From: a virus
Taxonomy: Duplodnaviria > Caudoviricetes
DNA: 55,232 bases
Reading direction: 5' to 3' (one strand)
Virus record (IMG/VR): IMGVR_UViG_3300011440_000024
Location: 1-55,232 of that record
The translations under genes were made by a program, and so were the position numbers. This document shows positions 47,345-55,232 of this stretch, piece after piece. The notes beneath the pieces were generated by a model. That model was not told the origin of the DNA, did no database searches, and was given only the letters and a program-made list of their open reading frames with translations. Within the stretch, counting starts at the first letter, position 1, and each line of letters begins with the position of its first letter.

Positions 47345-47553
47345 CTATGGTCGTGGAGGATCGTGGGTATCAGTTTCGTAGTCTTTGTCAATCCGAATTA
47401 TTTCAAAGAAGTTAGGCCAGTTTTCAGCGTTGTTCTTTGCTAGAACGTCGATGGTAAGAGACTCTGCTTCTCTGAAGTTAGTGCAACTCCAAAACATAGT
47501 CCATCTATTACCATCTTCCTTAGTTCTGATGGTTACTTCAAAGTTGTGCATAT
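47345..47553 (-). CDS. Hypothetical protein
   Basis: AGGAGG RBS before MHNFEV. Confidence 0.5.
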
Positions 47554-47776
47554 GGTCTTTACCTCCTTTCCAAATTGTTCTAAGTGGTATGTCAAATTCA
47601 AGTTGCATAATAACAACGGAAGCTAGCTACAGTGACCGATTGACGAGGGATTGCTTTAGGCATAAAACTTACAGTGTGACAATGCCAAGTTACTAGCGAA
47701 TGCCTGTCTGCTTAGTCGTATGCACCCTTCAATTGTCAATTCAAAATCAGTTTATAACTAGCCTCCATTCTTACTA

Positions 47777-48175
47777 CTACAGCTTGACGATGCGAAGAAA
47801 GGTATCGTCGTCCTTCTTAACTCGGACGAGCCTCCATTCAGTGTTCAAATTCTGCTTCTTCAAAACACCATGCAAAGTTGCATAGAGACTATCCGTAGAC
47901 TTGCCGAAGAACTTAGTACCCTCACGCTCATTAAGAGGGACGATGAATGCCGGAGTATCTGGATTCTTCTTCATGTACTCAGCATATGCCGAAGTAAGAC
48001 CATTGAGAAAAAGTGCTGTCTCACCCTTAGCACTACGACCTGAAAGAGTATCCTGAATTTCCTGTTCATCGGTAATCGGCTCAAACATAAGTGCGCTCAT
48101 TTCAACCCTCCTTTCTGTTTCTGCGCGGTCGGTGTAAGTATGCTCCATTCGGAGCAACTTTGATACATCAGCCAT
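47777..48175 (-). CDS. Hypothetical protein, paralog of 40105..40446; second in-frame start at 48100
   Basis: MSALMFEPITDEQEI...KGE; both starts have an RBS. Confidence 0.6.
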   Translation of the reverse strand: MADVSKLLRMEHTYTDRAETERRVEMSALMFEPITDEQEIQDTLSGRSAKGETALFLNGLTSAYAEYMKKNPDTPAFIVPLNEREGTKFFGKSTDSLYATLHGVLKKQNLNTEWRLVRVKKDDDTFLRIVKL

Positions 48176-48198
48176 TGATTTATCTTACTCCTTTCCAA

Positions 48199-48300
48199 TA
48201 GACTGAATTAGCCGTAGCGTAGGATTCGCCAGTTGCCATACACCTAGAATCATAATATAGCGAGCGCAGCTAGTACCTGATCTACGGCTAATTCAGTCTA
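48199..48300 (-). repeat. 19-bp perfect inverted repeat enclosing 64 nt
   Basis: TAGACTGAATTAGCCGTAG (48199-48217) / CTACGGCTAATTCAGTCTA (48282-48300). Confidence 0.9.
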
Positions 48301-48513
48301 CCGATTGGTTGTATAAGTCCCATCTGGATTTATGCTGAAGTATTCCATACCTGAAGGATTGTCAACCAGTACATAATATCCTGTTACCTCAGTGTTATCA
48401 GCACAATCACTTGTGAACTCTACTCCTGAAAGTGCATCCAAAGACAATGCTGCTAGTCTCTGAATTTGCTCAGTCGTCAGATACATCTGTCCTTTGCCTT
48501 GCATCTTCTTCAC
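48298..48513 (-). CDS. Hypothetical protein
   Basis: AAGGAG RBS downstream of promoter. Confidence 0.5.
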   Translation of the reverse strand: MKKMQGKGQMYLTTEQIQRLAALSLDALSGVEFTSDCADNTEVTGYYVLVDNPSGMEYFSINPDGTYTTNR

Positions 48514-48534
48514 GCTCCTTACTCGACTAAGTAG

Positions 48535-48563
48535 AGAGTACCATCTTTCGCTCGTTGTGTCAA
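48535..48563 (-). promoter_or_regulatory. Sigma70-type promoter TTGACA-N17-TACTCT
   Basis: Perfect -35, 17-nt spacer, TG extension. Confidence 0.65.
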
Positions 48564-48760
48564 GTGCGTACTGCTGTAAGTTGAAGGTCTGTCAACCAGG
48601 GGTGCCGATACAATTGTGATGCTTCGTACCTATCTTTGCACTCAATCCTATATTGACCATTCTCGTTTACGATAACGATTTCTGATTTGTCTGTGTCAGG
48701 ATTCCAGAATAGTTCTACAATTGAATCCTGCCAGACTCTAGAAGAAAGGGTCTGTAGCAT
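48560..48760 (-). CDS. Hypothetical protein
   Basis: VELFW...YRHP pattern. Confidence 0.45.
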   Translation of the reverse strand: MLQTLSSRVWQDSIVELFWNPDTDKSEIVIVNENGQYRIECKDRYEASQLYRHPWLTDLQLTAVRT

Positions 48761-48769
48761 TGGTTATCA

Positions 48770-49003
48770 CTAGTCCATTCTACGATCATAGTTCTTGAAG
48801 GTAGCATACATCGTGAAATCTACATCGTCCAATGTTGCTAGAAGGTCTTGTCTAAGACTTTCGTGGAGGCGTCTCTCTTCCTCCCATATCGAAAGTATCT
48901 TAGGTGCGAGTCTTGCAACCGCGATTACTTCGTCAGTACCTTTGCAACGTCCAAAGTCTACTGATTCGTACAGATCGGTCGCGGATCGCAAAGTTATCAT
49001 CAA
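48770..49003 (-). CDS. Hypothetical protein
   Basis: GGGAG RBS. Confidence 0.45.
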   Translation of the reverse strand: MMITLRSATDLYESVDFGRCKGTDEVIAVARLAPKILSIWEEERRLHESLRQDLLATLDDVDFTMYATFKNYDRRMD

Positions 49004-49293
49004 ATCACTCCCATATGTGAGATATACGACAATTACGACAATAGATGATTGGGCTTTTCTGTAAATCTACGAATATCTAGAATTATCACTTTTTATCTAT
49101 ACATACTTAGTAGTAGTAGGTAGTAGTTACTAGTAGTAATTAGTTCACTGAATTTAGTGCGAGTGTTTACAAGGATGCATAGAAAAGTGGTACTGACCAC
49201 TCATGGATATTCGCGATTTCTAAAAGAGCGTTACAATGTACATTAGCGCGAGGAAACCAGCTACGCTAAACAGGATATTTCCGATTGTCATTG

Positions 49294-49569
49294 TTATCTC
49301 ACTTTCGCATGGTTGATTTCTAGAATGGCTGCGTAATCTACTAGGGTGGTATACGGTCGTCCGGCTGCTATCACTACGTCAGGGATGGATGCTATTTCAC
49401 GCTCTGCATGAACGTGTTCAATACAACGAAACTCTACTTTGACGCCACCGGATGGAGGATCATTACGATAACTAACGATTCCATACTCGGCGCAACCGGA
49501 GTGGTTGCATTGGCGTAGTCTCTTATACTCGCCTATATTCTTGCACTTGTACTTGGCTCGCTTCATCAT
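49294..49569 (-). CDS. Hypothetical Cys-containing protein
   Basis: AAAGGT RBS right after the inverted repeat; start MMKRAK. Confidence 0.45.
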   Translation of the reverse strand: MMKRAKYKCKNIGEYKRLRQCNHSGCAEYGIVSYRNDPPSGGVKVEFRCIEHVHAEREIASIPDVVIAAGRPYTTLVDYAAILEINHAKVR

Positions 49570-49582
49570 TACCTTTCTGGCG

Positions 49583-49660
49583 TAGGGATAACTAAGCCTA
49601 GTGCAGTATGCCCGTGTTGACTCTATTGAATCCACGGTGGACTAGGCTTAGTTATCCCTA
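49583..49660 (-). repeat. 20-bp perfect inverted repeat enclosing 38 nt
   Basis: TAGGGATAACTAAGCCTAGT (49583-49602) / ACTAGGCTTAGTTATCCCTA (49641-49660). Confidence 0.9.
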
Positions 49661-49852
49661 GTCCTTGAACCTGAGCCTTGCACCTCTTGCGAGTGCGGCG
49701 TCGCGCATTGAGGCTGTATCATCGAGGGTAAGTTTCACACTTCGTTCTCTAGGTGTAGTCGGCTGCTTATATCGGCTTGATTGCCACCGGCGAGATACTC
49801 TCACCGCTCCCGCGTATGGGATCATACCGTCGCGATCATATTGATGTCTCAT
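49658..49852 (-). CDS. Basic hypothetical protein, first gene of leftward arm
   Basis: AAAGGAG RBS. Confidence 0.5.
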   Translation of the reverse strand: MRHQYDRDGMIPYAGAVRVSRRWQSSRYKQPTTPRERSVKLTLDDTASMRDAALARGARLRFKD

Positions 49853-49964
49853 AGCTACTCTCCTTTATCGACTTCTTTCTCATACCCAACACTAGGTACT
49901 CTAATCGACGAATCGCAAATAATGGGCGACCGTTTCCTAATATCTCCAAGAGTGATTTTTGGTT

Positions 49965-49993
49965 TTTACAATTACGCTACTTATACGTAATGT
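49965..49993 (+). promoter_or_regulatory. Candidate rightward promoter TTTACA-N17-TAATGT
   Basis: In the divergent intergenic region before the late arm. Confidence 0.45.
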
Positions 49994-50026
49994 GCATCAC
50001 GCCCGGTACTCGGGTACGATCTCACC

Positions 50027-50425
50027 ATGAGCGAAAAAGCGAAAGACCCCAATAACGATGCAGAACCACTTTTCGAGTCGATTGACCTTTCAGCAGAAGT
50101 CGCAGAAGATGAATCGCTGAAAGCATATCGTCTCGCATTGCAACAAGAATGGGAAGAAAAGACCAATCCTAGTAATGCACGTGAAGCCGCTAAAATTGCT
50201 AAAGAGCAGATTAGAAAGGATGCTCCCCATTACCTTGCAAATATGCGAGGTCTAGCAATGGGTGCAATTTCAGAGAGTGTTAAATACCAGGCTAATAAGT
50301 ATCTGCTCGATGCTGTTCTATTGCCTGGTGGCGCAGGAGCTAAGGATACTCTTAGTGAACTACTCGAAGAACTCGATGATGCAAGCAACAGCCAAAGTAA
50401 AGATAAAGACCCCACAAATTCATAG
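50027..50425 (+). CDS. Putative terminase small subunit
   Basis: First gene of the virion arm; helical SESVKYQANKYLLD pattern; function inferred from position. Confidence 0.4.
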   Translation: MSEKAKDPNNDAEPLFESIDLSAEVAEDESLKAYRLALQQEWEEKTNPSNAREAAKIAKEQIRKDAPHYLANMRGLAMGAISESVKYQANKYLLDAVLLPGGAGAKDTLSELLEELDDASNSQSKDKDPTNS

Positions 50426-50442
50426 ATAGCTAGGAGCAATTA

Positions 50443-50838
50443 ATGCCCAGATTGCATTTAGTAGTTGGTCCCGTTGGTATCGGTCCTACCAATAACTTCA
50501 CCTTTGATATGACACGACCAGCTAGGCATTGTGGCATTTGCGGAGACAGCTTCCAACCTTGGCTTGCTCGCACAGACGAGTATTTAACCGACGGTGAAGT
50601 TCAGCTAGCCGTCCAAATTGAGATTGAAGAGTGGAGGCGTAATCATCGCAAAAAGCATACTGAGGCTGAACAAAAAGCACTAACAGATTCAGGTAATATG
50701 ATGACACCTGAAGCTGCACTAAGATTGATCCCTCTAGGAATCTATCCTATTGGCGATATGCTTGTAGATGAGGATATTGCTCAGGCAGGACGAGAAGCAC
50801 CTAGAGGACCTTTTAATGACGTTCCGGATTTTCTATAA
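50443..50838 (+). CDS. Hypothetical protein (CxxC...H)
   Basis: AGGAG RBS. Confidence 0.55.
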   Translation: MPRLHLVVGPVGIGPTNNFTFDMTRPARHCGICGDSFQPWLARTDEYLTDGEVQLAVQIEIEEWRRNHRKKHTEAEQKALTDSGNMMTPEAALRLIPLGIYPIGDMLVDEDIAQAGREAPRGPFNDVPDFL

Positions 50839-50873
50839 CAGTTGTAATCACAAGATTACTAAGGAGGGCTGCA

Positions 50874-51338
50874 TTGTTTTACGAAGTGGTGTATGAGACA
50901 GGAGTTAACTCTATTATGCAAGTCGATAGCGAAGAGGAAGCTCTCAACGCAATCGCAGAACAACATCGACGTGCAAAAGTAGGAGAACTAGCAGGACCGC
51001 AGGGAGGGCCAGCAACAAGAGTAGTTAAGGCTTTCAAGTATTCACAGCATCCTAATGAGTGGAACCCTGGCGATACTCTTACCAAGGATGAACTTAAGAA
51101 AACTCTACCTAAGCTCATTGATGCGTTGAGTGATGAAAACGGCGTCGTACCTGTGGGGGTCTTGGCAGTAGAGGTACGCGGTTTAACTCATCCAATGCTA
51201 AATGCGTCAGAAGTACATGGATCGAACTTCCGTATGGAAGAAGAGGGTGTAGTTACTAGTGGCGACATTGAAGTTAAGGCCGACGAACTTCAAGCTGCTA
51301 AACAGCCGCCTAAGCGAACTGACGAGCTAGGACAGTAG
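50874..51338 (+). CDS. Hypothetical protein
   Basis: AAGGAGG RBS, TTG start. Confidence 0.55.
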   Translation: MFYEVVYETGVNSIMQVDSEEEALNAIAEQHRRAKVGELAGPQGGPATRVVKAFKYSQHPNEWNPGDTLTKDELKKTLPKLIDALSDENGVVPVGVLAVEVRGLTHPMLNASEVHGSNFRMEEEGVVTSGDIEVKADELQAAKQPPKRTDELGQ

Positions 51339-51347
51339 AGGAATTAT

Positions 51348-51842
51348 ATGGCAACTATCGTATTTCAGCCAATGTCACAATTGGTTACCGATTTTGTTCT
51401 CGGTAACTCAGGAACGGAAACGCCTCCAGCATCATGGACAATGGGACTAAGTACAACTGTAGTTGGTTCAGGTTCAAACATGATGCGAAACAGTGTTTGG
51501 TCTGTAACAATTTCAGGATCAAACGTTAATGAGATCGGTTCGGGTACGGCAAACGGTTATGCACGTCAGACAATTGCACGAACTATCGCACAGGGTGGAA
51601 TTGACTGGGGAACGTCAACGTTCGATAACACGTTCTCTACAGGTGGTCAATCTACTTCTGCCGATCAGGTAACCTTTACATTCTCAGGAGCACCATCACC
51701 TAACGGTGCAAACTCTTGGGCACTTACACAAGGTTCTACAATTAACGCCGGCGATCTATTCTTTGCTGCTGACACGGCAGCTCTAAGAACATTCGCAACA
51801 GGCGATACTGAAAAAGTAGTGGCAACACTCAAGGCAGGTTAG
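51348..51842 (+). CDS. Virion fibre/collar-type structural protein
   Basis: E.......GYARQ, VTFT, RT...GDT pattern of phage fibre-associated proteins. Confidence 0.6.
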   Translation: MATIVFQPMSQLVTDFVLGNSGTETPPASWTMGLSTTVVGSGSNMMRNSVWSVTISGSNVNEIGSGTANGYARQTIARTIAQGGIDWGTSTFDNTFSTGGQSTSADQVTFTFSGAPSPNGANSWALTQGSTINAGDLFFAADTAALRTFATGDTEKVVATLKAG

Positions 51843-51846
51843 TTAA

Positions 51847-52038
51847 ATGGCAAATTTCGATTTCTTTAGTACAGGGTCATATACAGGATCAGGAACTAAT
51901 CCATTTCATTGGGGTAATAGTTATGATTACAATACGCCGATTAGACAGGTTGATAAACCTCTATCACGTAAGCAAGTCCAACAAGAGAACCTACAAACGA
52001 TCCGTCAACGTGAAGTAATGAAGAGGGGTCGTAAGTAA
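51847..52038 (+). CDS. Hypothetical protein
   Basis: Coupled ORF. Confidence 0.4.
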   Translation: MANFDFFSTGSYTGSGTNPFHWGNSYDYNTPIRQVDKPLSRKQVQQENLQTIRQREVMKRGRK

Positions 52039-52589
52039 TGGCACATGGCCCATTTAAGCAGATTATTGATGGTTCAATCCTTTCGGACAACCTTGCAGAT
52101 ATTGCACCGACTGCGGAAGCTGCACTATGGCCTGTTGCCGATTATTCTGGTATTGGGCCAAACGTACTAAGATCAGGACAAATTCTCCATGTGAAGGCAT
52201 GGGGAGTAATGGATACGCCTGCTGCTTCACAGGGCAACATTACTATTACACCTAGATGGGGAACTACTACAGGTGGTGTTACTCTAGGAGCATCGGCTGC
52301 TACCGCACTTGCAGCATCGGCAACCAATCAACCTTGGCGTCTTGAATACACGCTGATGGTTCGTAAGGTTGGTCTGTCAGGACTCAATACAAAAGTAGTT
52401 GGCAATGGTTTCTTCGTTGGTGCAGTTGCACTAATTGCAGCATCCACAGGTAATACCATTGTGTTCGGCTCAACAGCAGAAGCGTCTATTGATGCTCATT
52501 CTGCTGGTGGTATCTTTATGGGTGTTACCGTTGGTATCTCCACTGACCTTATCACGGTCATGGGAGTTATCATGGAAACGTGGAACTAA
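52038..52589 (+). CDS. Putative accessory virion protein
   Basis: Gly/Ala/Thr-rich beta protein. Confidence 0.5.
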   Translation: MAHGPFKQIIDGSILSDNLADIAPTAEAALWPVADYSGIGPNVLRSGQILHVKAWGVMDTPAASQGNITITPRWGTTTGGVTLGASAATALAASATNQPWRLEYTLMVRKVGLSGLNTKVVGNGFFVGAVALIAASTGNTIVFGSTAEASIDAHSAGGIFMGVTVGISTDLITVMGVIMETWN

Positions 52590-52603
52590 GGCTAAGGTAG
52601 AGT

Positions 52604-53104
52604 ATGAGTGGTGGATTGCATGGTGTTTCATTCGTAAAGGATGGACTGTTTTCTGCCTATGCAGTTATTCAGGATGAGAAATCGAGTGGTACTGGCGGTG
52701 GAACATTTACTTCAGGGGCGTGGCAGACTCGTGATTTGAATACAGAACATTTCGATCCTTTTGATCTTGTAACCATTGCATCTAACAGGTTTACAATACA
52801 GGCCGGACGCTATTTTATTAAAGCTAAAGCTCCTGCTTGGAATGTTAACTCTCATGTAGCCAAATTATTTAACTTTACAGATACGGTTGATGTAGAGATA
52901 GGTAGTGTTCAACAGGCTACTGCAAGTGCAAACTCAGCACAGACTTACTCAGAAGTATTAGCTAGAATTGATATCTCAACAGCCAAAGCATACGAAATTC
53001 GTCATCAATGTGATACTACTAAAACAAATGATGGCTTTGGTGTCTCAATGGCTATAGGCGCAGTAGAGATTTACACTGTTATTGAGATATGGAAAGAAGC
53101 ATAA
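52604..53104 (+). CDS. C1q/TNF-like beta-sandwich fibre domain protein
   Basis: D.KSSGT.GGTFTSGAWQTRDLNT...FTIQAGRY motif seen in phage tail fibres. Confidence 0.6.
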   Translation: MSGGLHGVSFVKDGLFSAYAVIQDEKSSGTGGGTFTSGAWQTRDLNTEHFDPFDLVTIASNRFTIQAGRYFIKAKAPAWNVNSHVAKLFNFTDTVDVEIGSVQQATASANSAQTYSEVLARIDISTAKAYEIRHQCDTTKTNDGFGVSMAIGAVEIYTVIEIWKEA

Positions 53105-53136
53105 AATGCCACAGAACAAACGGTTGCTAAGATACT

Positions 53137-53583
53137 ATGCCTGCTGAGTCACAATACTCATACGAACCATCTGCTCGTAAGATCGACTACGTAGAAAAAA
53201 CATCCGATACTACAATTTCTGCAACTAGCGCTGCAACTGCTGATACTTGTATTACTAGTAGTCCAATTGTTTACCCCGGCGGTATGGAAATTTGCATTGA
53301 AATATATTCTCCTTCGCTCGTTCCTTCCGGGAGCAACAGCGCCGACCTTATTGTAACCTTATGGGAAGATTCTACCGATCTAGGAATCATTGGTCAGACT
53401 GGTACAACGGCTGCATCACCGCCGTCATTTTCAAGCATGTTTGCTCGTATGTTTCGGACTCCATCTGCGGGTTCACATACTTATATTGTTAAAGCGTGGC
53501 GTACTGTAGGTAATGGGACTTTCTCTGGTGGAACTGGTGGAGCAGGATATATAGCTGCCTATATGAGAATTACGAAAGCATAG
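53137..53583 (+). CDS. Beta-sandwich fibre-tip-like protein
   Basis: TPSAGSHTY motif. Confidence 0.55.
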   Translation: MPAESQYSYEPSARKIDYVEKTSDTTISATSAATADTCITSSPIVYPGGMEICIEIYSPSLVPSGSNSADLIVTLWEDSTDLGIIGQTGTTAASPPSFSSMFARMFRTPSAGSHTYIVKAWRTVGNGTFSGGTGGAGYIAAYMRITKA

Positions 53584-53593
53584 TAGGTCACTA

Positions 53594-54058
53594 ATGCCAG
53601 GACATTCATATGTAGACCCAAGCGGTTGGACAGATCGAATTATTCGTACTGCCGATAAAACAATATCAGCGTCTACTACTCTTGTTGACGACGGTGTACT
53701 TCAACTACCTGTTCAAGCTAGTGCAGCTTATTTTGTTCGACTTCTTCTAACTGTATCTGCTGCAAACTCAACACCGGATATTAAATATACATTTGTAGTT
53801 GCAGCGGGAACATTTGAGGGAGATTTACTCATCAATCGACGTGATACGGCTGGAGCACTTGTAGCCATAGGCATTATTGAAATGAGCGTTACGTCAATTC
53901 ATGGTCTTGGAAATGTAAAACGCTTGATTCATGCTCAGGGTACTTTTAGAGGAGATACCGATACTTTACTAAAACTACAATGGGCACAAAATGCTTCTGA
54001 TGCTGGCGTAACTACAGTTCATGCCGGATCAGAATTGGCAATTAAGAGGATGGGTTAA
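53594..54058 (+). CDS. Beta-sandwich fibre-tip-like protein
   Basis: TAD....STTL.DD..L.LPV and LQWAQNAS....T.V.AGS motifs. Confidence 0.55.
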   Translation: MPGHSYVDPSGWTDRIIRTADKTISASTTLVDDGVLQLPVQASAAYFVRLLLTVSAANSTPDIKYTFVVAAGTFEGDLLINRRDTAGALVAIGIIEMSVTSIHGLGNVKRLIHAQGTFRGDTDTLLKLQWAQNASDAGVTTVHAGSELAIKRMG

Positions 54059-54088
54059 ATGTCACAAGCAGGTTTTGGTAGATAGAAG

Positions 54089-54373
54089 ATGCCTAGTGAA
54101 CTCGGCCCTATTGGGCCAACTATTCCCTGGAACCCAGGTTCAGAATATCTTACTGTTCTTTCGCCTGCTATTCCTGGCTTCGTTGACTCGGCAGAAGTCT
54201 ACCTCAAGCTTACAATAACAGGTAGTGACATATATGATCCAGGCTGTCTAATTATTGGTGAAGGTGAAGCACAACTACGATGGTTCGCAGGCGATCAACA
54301 ATTACGTTGGCTAGGTTATGATGCTAATGCTAGATGGGAAGCAGCTTTAAGATTAGGAACAGGTCAATGCTGA
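54089..54373 (+). CDS. Short paralog of the repeat protein 1950..3203
   Basis: Single unit FVDSAEVYLKLTITGSD plus RW repeats at the C-terminus. Confidence 0.55.
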   Translation: MPSELGPIGPTIPWNPGSEYLTVLSPAIPGFVDSAEVYLKLTITGSDIYDPGCLIIGEGEAQLRWFAGDQQLRWLGYDANARWEAALRLGTGQC

Positions 54374-54408
54374 TGTTACTAACTACAAATATGACGAGTA
54401 GGTGATCT

Positions 54409-54726
54409 ATGCCAATCGGTGTAGTATCGCAAGGTACGAAAGAGAACTTTCAGGTAATCATTACTGATCGGGAAGGTTCTATTACAACACTGGCATCTTC
54501 TGTTCCTAAATTTGATGTTATGGATTCAGCCGATGCATTTAAATACGGTGATGGAACCTATGCAAATGCACAAGCAGCTACAGCACTTGTCATGGTTATC
54601 AATTGCCTAGTAGATACCAACTTCGGTGGTATATGGGCAGAAGGTGAATATCGCTTATTTGTATGGTTCGTGGTAGGTTCAGAAACTGTACGGAAAGGTC
54701 CATTCTTTTTTGACGTAGTTGAATAA
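54409..54726 (+). CDS. Small Ig/BppU-like adaptor; paralog of 3191..3499
   Basis: PKFDVMDSAD, CLVDTNFGGIWA, EYRL. Confidence 0.55.
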   Translation: MPIGVVSQGTKENFQVIITDREGSITTLASSVPKFDVMDSADAFKYGDGTYANAQAATALVMVINCLVDTNFGGIWAEGEYRLFVWFVVGSETVRKGPFFFDVVE

Positions 54727-55049
54727 TGCCTAGAGGAATCCAAATTTCTTCTGGTATTGGGCCTACCGGAAATCTATCGGAGAGAGAATGGCACGTTCTA
54801 GATTTGATGGCCTTGGGTCTCACCAATACAGAAATCGCAAAGATGTTACATCTATCGCAAGAGACAATCAAATCTCACGTGAAACACATTCTCTTCAAAT
54901 TGAACGTTCGGAACAGGACATATGCAGTAAGTCTCGCATGGGAGAGAGGTTATGTTACAACCCATTCACAAAATCGTACGAGAGTCCTTTTCGATCAATT
55001 TCATCAGAAGTCCGTAACAGAGCAAAAGAGACCACAGGAAGGTCGATAG
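54726..55049 (+). CDS. Stand-alone LuxR/NarL-type HTH regulator
   Basis: LSERE..VL.LMA.GLTN.EIA..L.LS.ETIKSHV..IL.KL.VRNRT.AV. Confidence 0.9.
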   Translation: MPRGIQISSGIGPTGNLSEREWHVLDLMALGLTNTEIAKMLHLSQETIKSHVKHILFKLNVRNRTYAVSLAWERGYVTTHSQNRTRVLFDQFHQKSVTEQKRPQEGR

Positions 55050-55158
55050 AAGAAAGTTATGAAGATTTCCTAATGGCACTATACGATTCAAGTACGCGTC
55101 CGCCGAAAGTACCATTTGGACTTGGTAAACAACGAATGCGTCAATTTAAAGTTCTGTA

Positions 55159-55232
55159 ATGATCCTCAGAAACAACTTTGAGACAGGTCTTGCCGACGAG
55201 ACAGCGATAACGGTCGCTAACTCTGATGATGG
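55159..55232 (+). CDS. Partial ORF running off the window end (MILRNNFETG...)
   Basis: TAATG coupling; open to the end of the window. Confidence 0.45.
   Translation, partial: MILRNNFETGLADETAITVANSDD

Noticed and set aside
48218-48281. HDV-like (theta) ribozyme suggested by GGCAACUGGCGAAU
   Set aside because: Could not build P1/P1.1/P3 with the required L3 sequence; the resemblance is limited to the J4/2-like string.
49570-49635. Upstream start of ORF 49294..49635
   Set aside because: Falls inside the 20-bp inverted repeat; the RBS-backed start is near 49569.

Overview
Near-complete, circularly permuted genome of a tailed dsDNA phage (siphovirus-type). No integrase, CRISPR array or canonical tRNA was seen. 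The + strand arm (about 50027-55232 continuing into 1-22948) carries a probable small terminase, a long block of beta-rich accessory virion proteins, TerL, a Mu gp29-like portal, an S49 protease/scaffold, the major capsid protein, neck and tail genes with a -1 frameshifted tail chaperone, the tape measure, tail tip and a lysis cassette (M23 peptidase, holins, collagen-like membrane protein). The - strand arm (about 49852 to 23031) carries many small early genes and a replication block: SNF2-type helicase, PD-(D/E)XK exonuclease, AAA ATPase, SSB, deaminase, primase-helicase, dNMP kinase, MazG-like enzyme, a family A polymerase with an N-terminal UDG-like domain and a RuvC-like resolvase, plus NADAR and SLOG-like genes. 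The most striking unexplained signal is a non-coding RNA locus. A promoter at 39797-39825 (-) reads into a ~430-nt chain of hairpins whose segments are complementary to the translation-start regions of four consecutive downstream genes and to two further structured RNAs (one with a tRNA-type T-loop) about 1-2 kb away. This is a candidate phage-encoded multi-target antisense / long-range RNA pairing system. Other oddities are long perfect-stem intergenic RNAs in the early region and a shared N-terminal FEP(L/I)xD/EE motif in unrelated early proteins. Product calls come from motif recognition by eye; no database searches were run.
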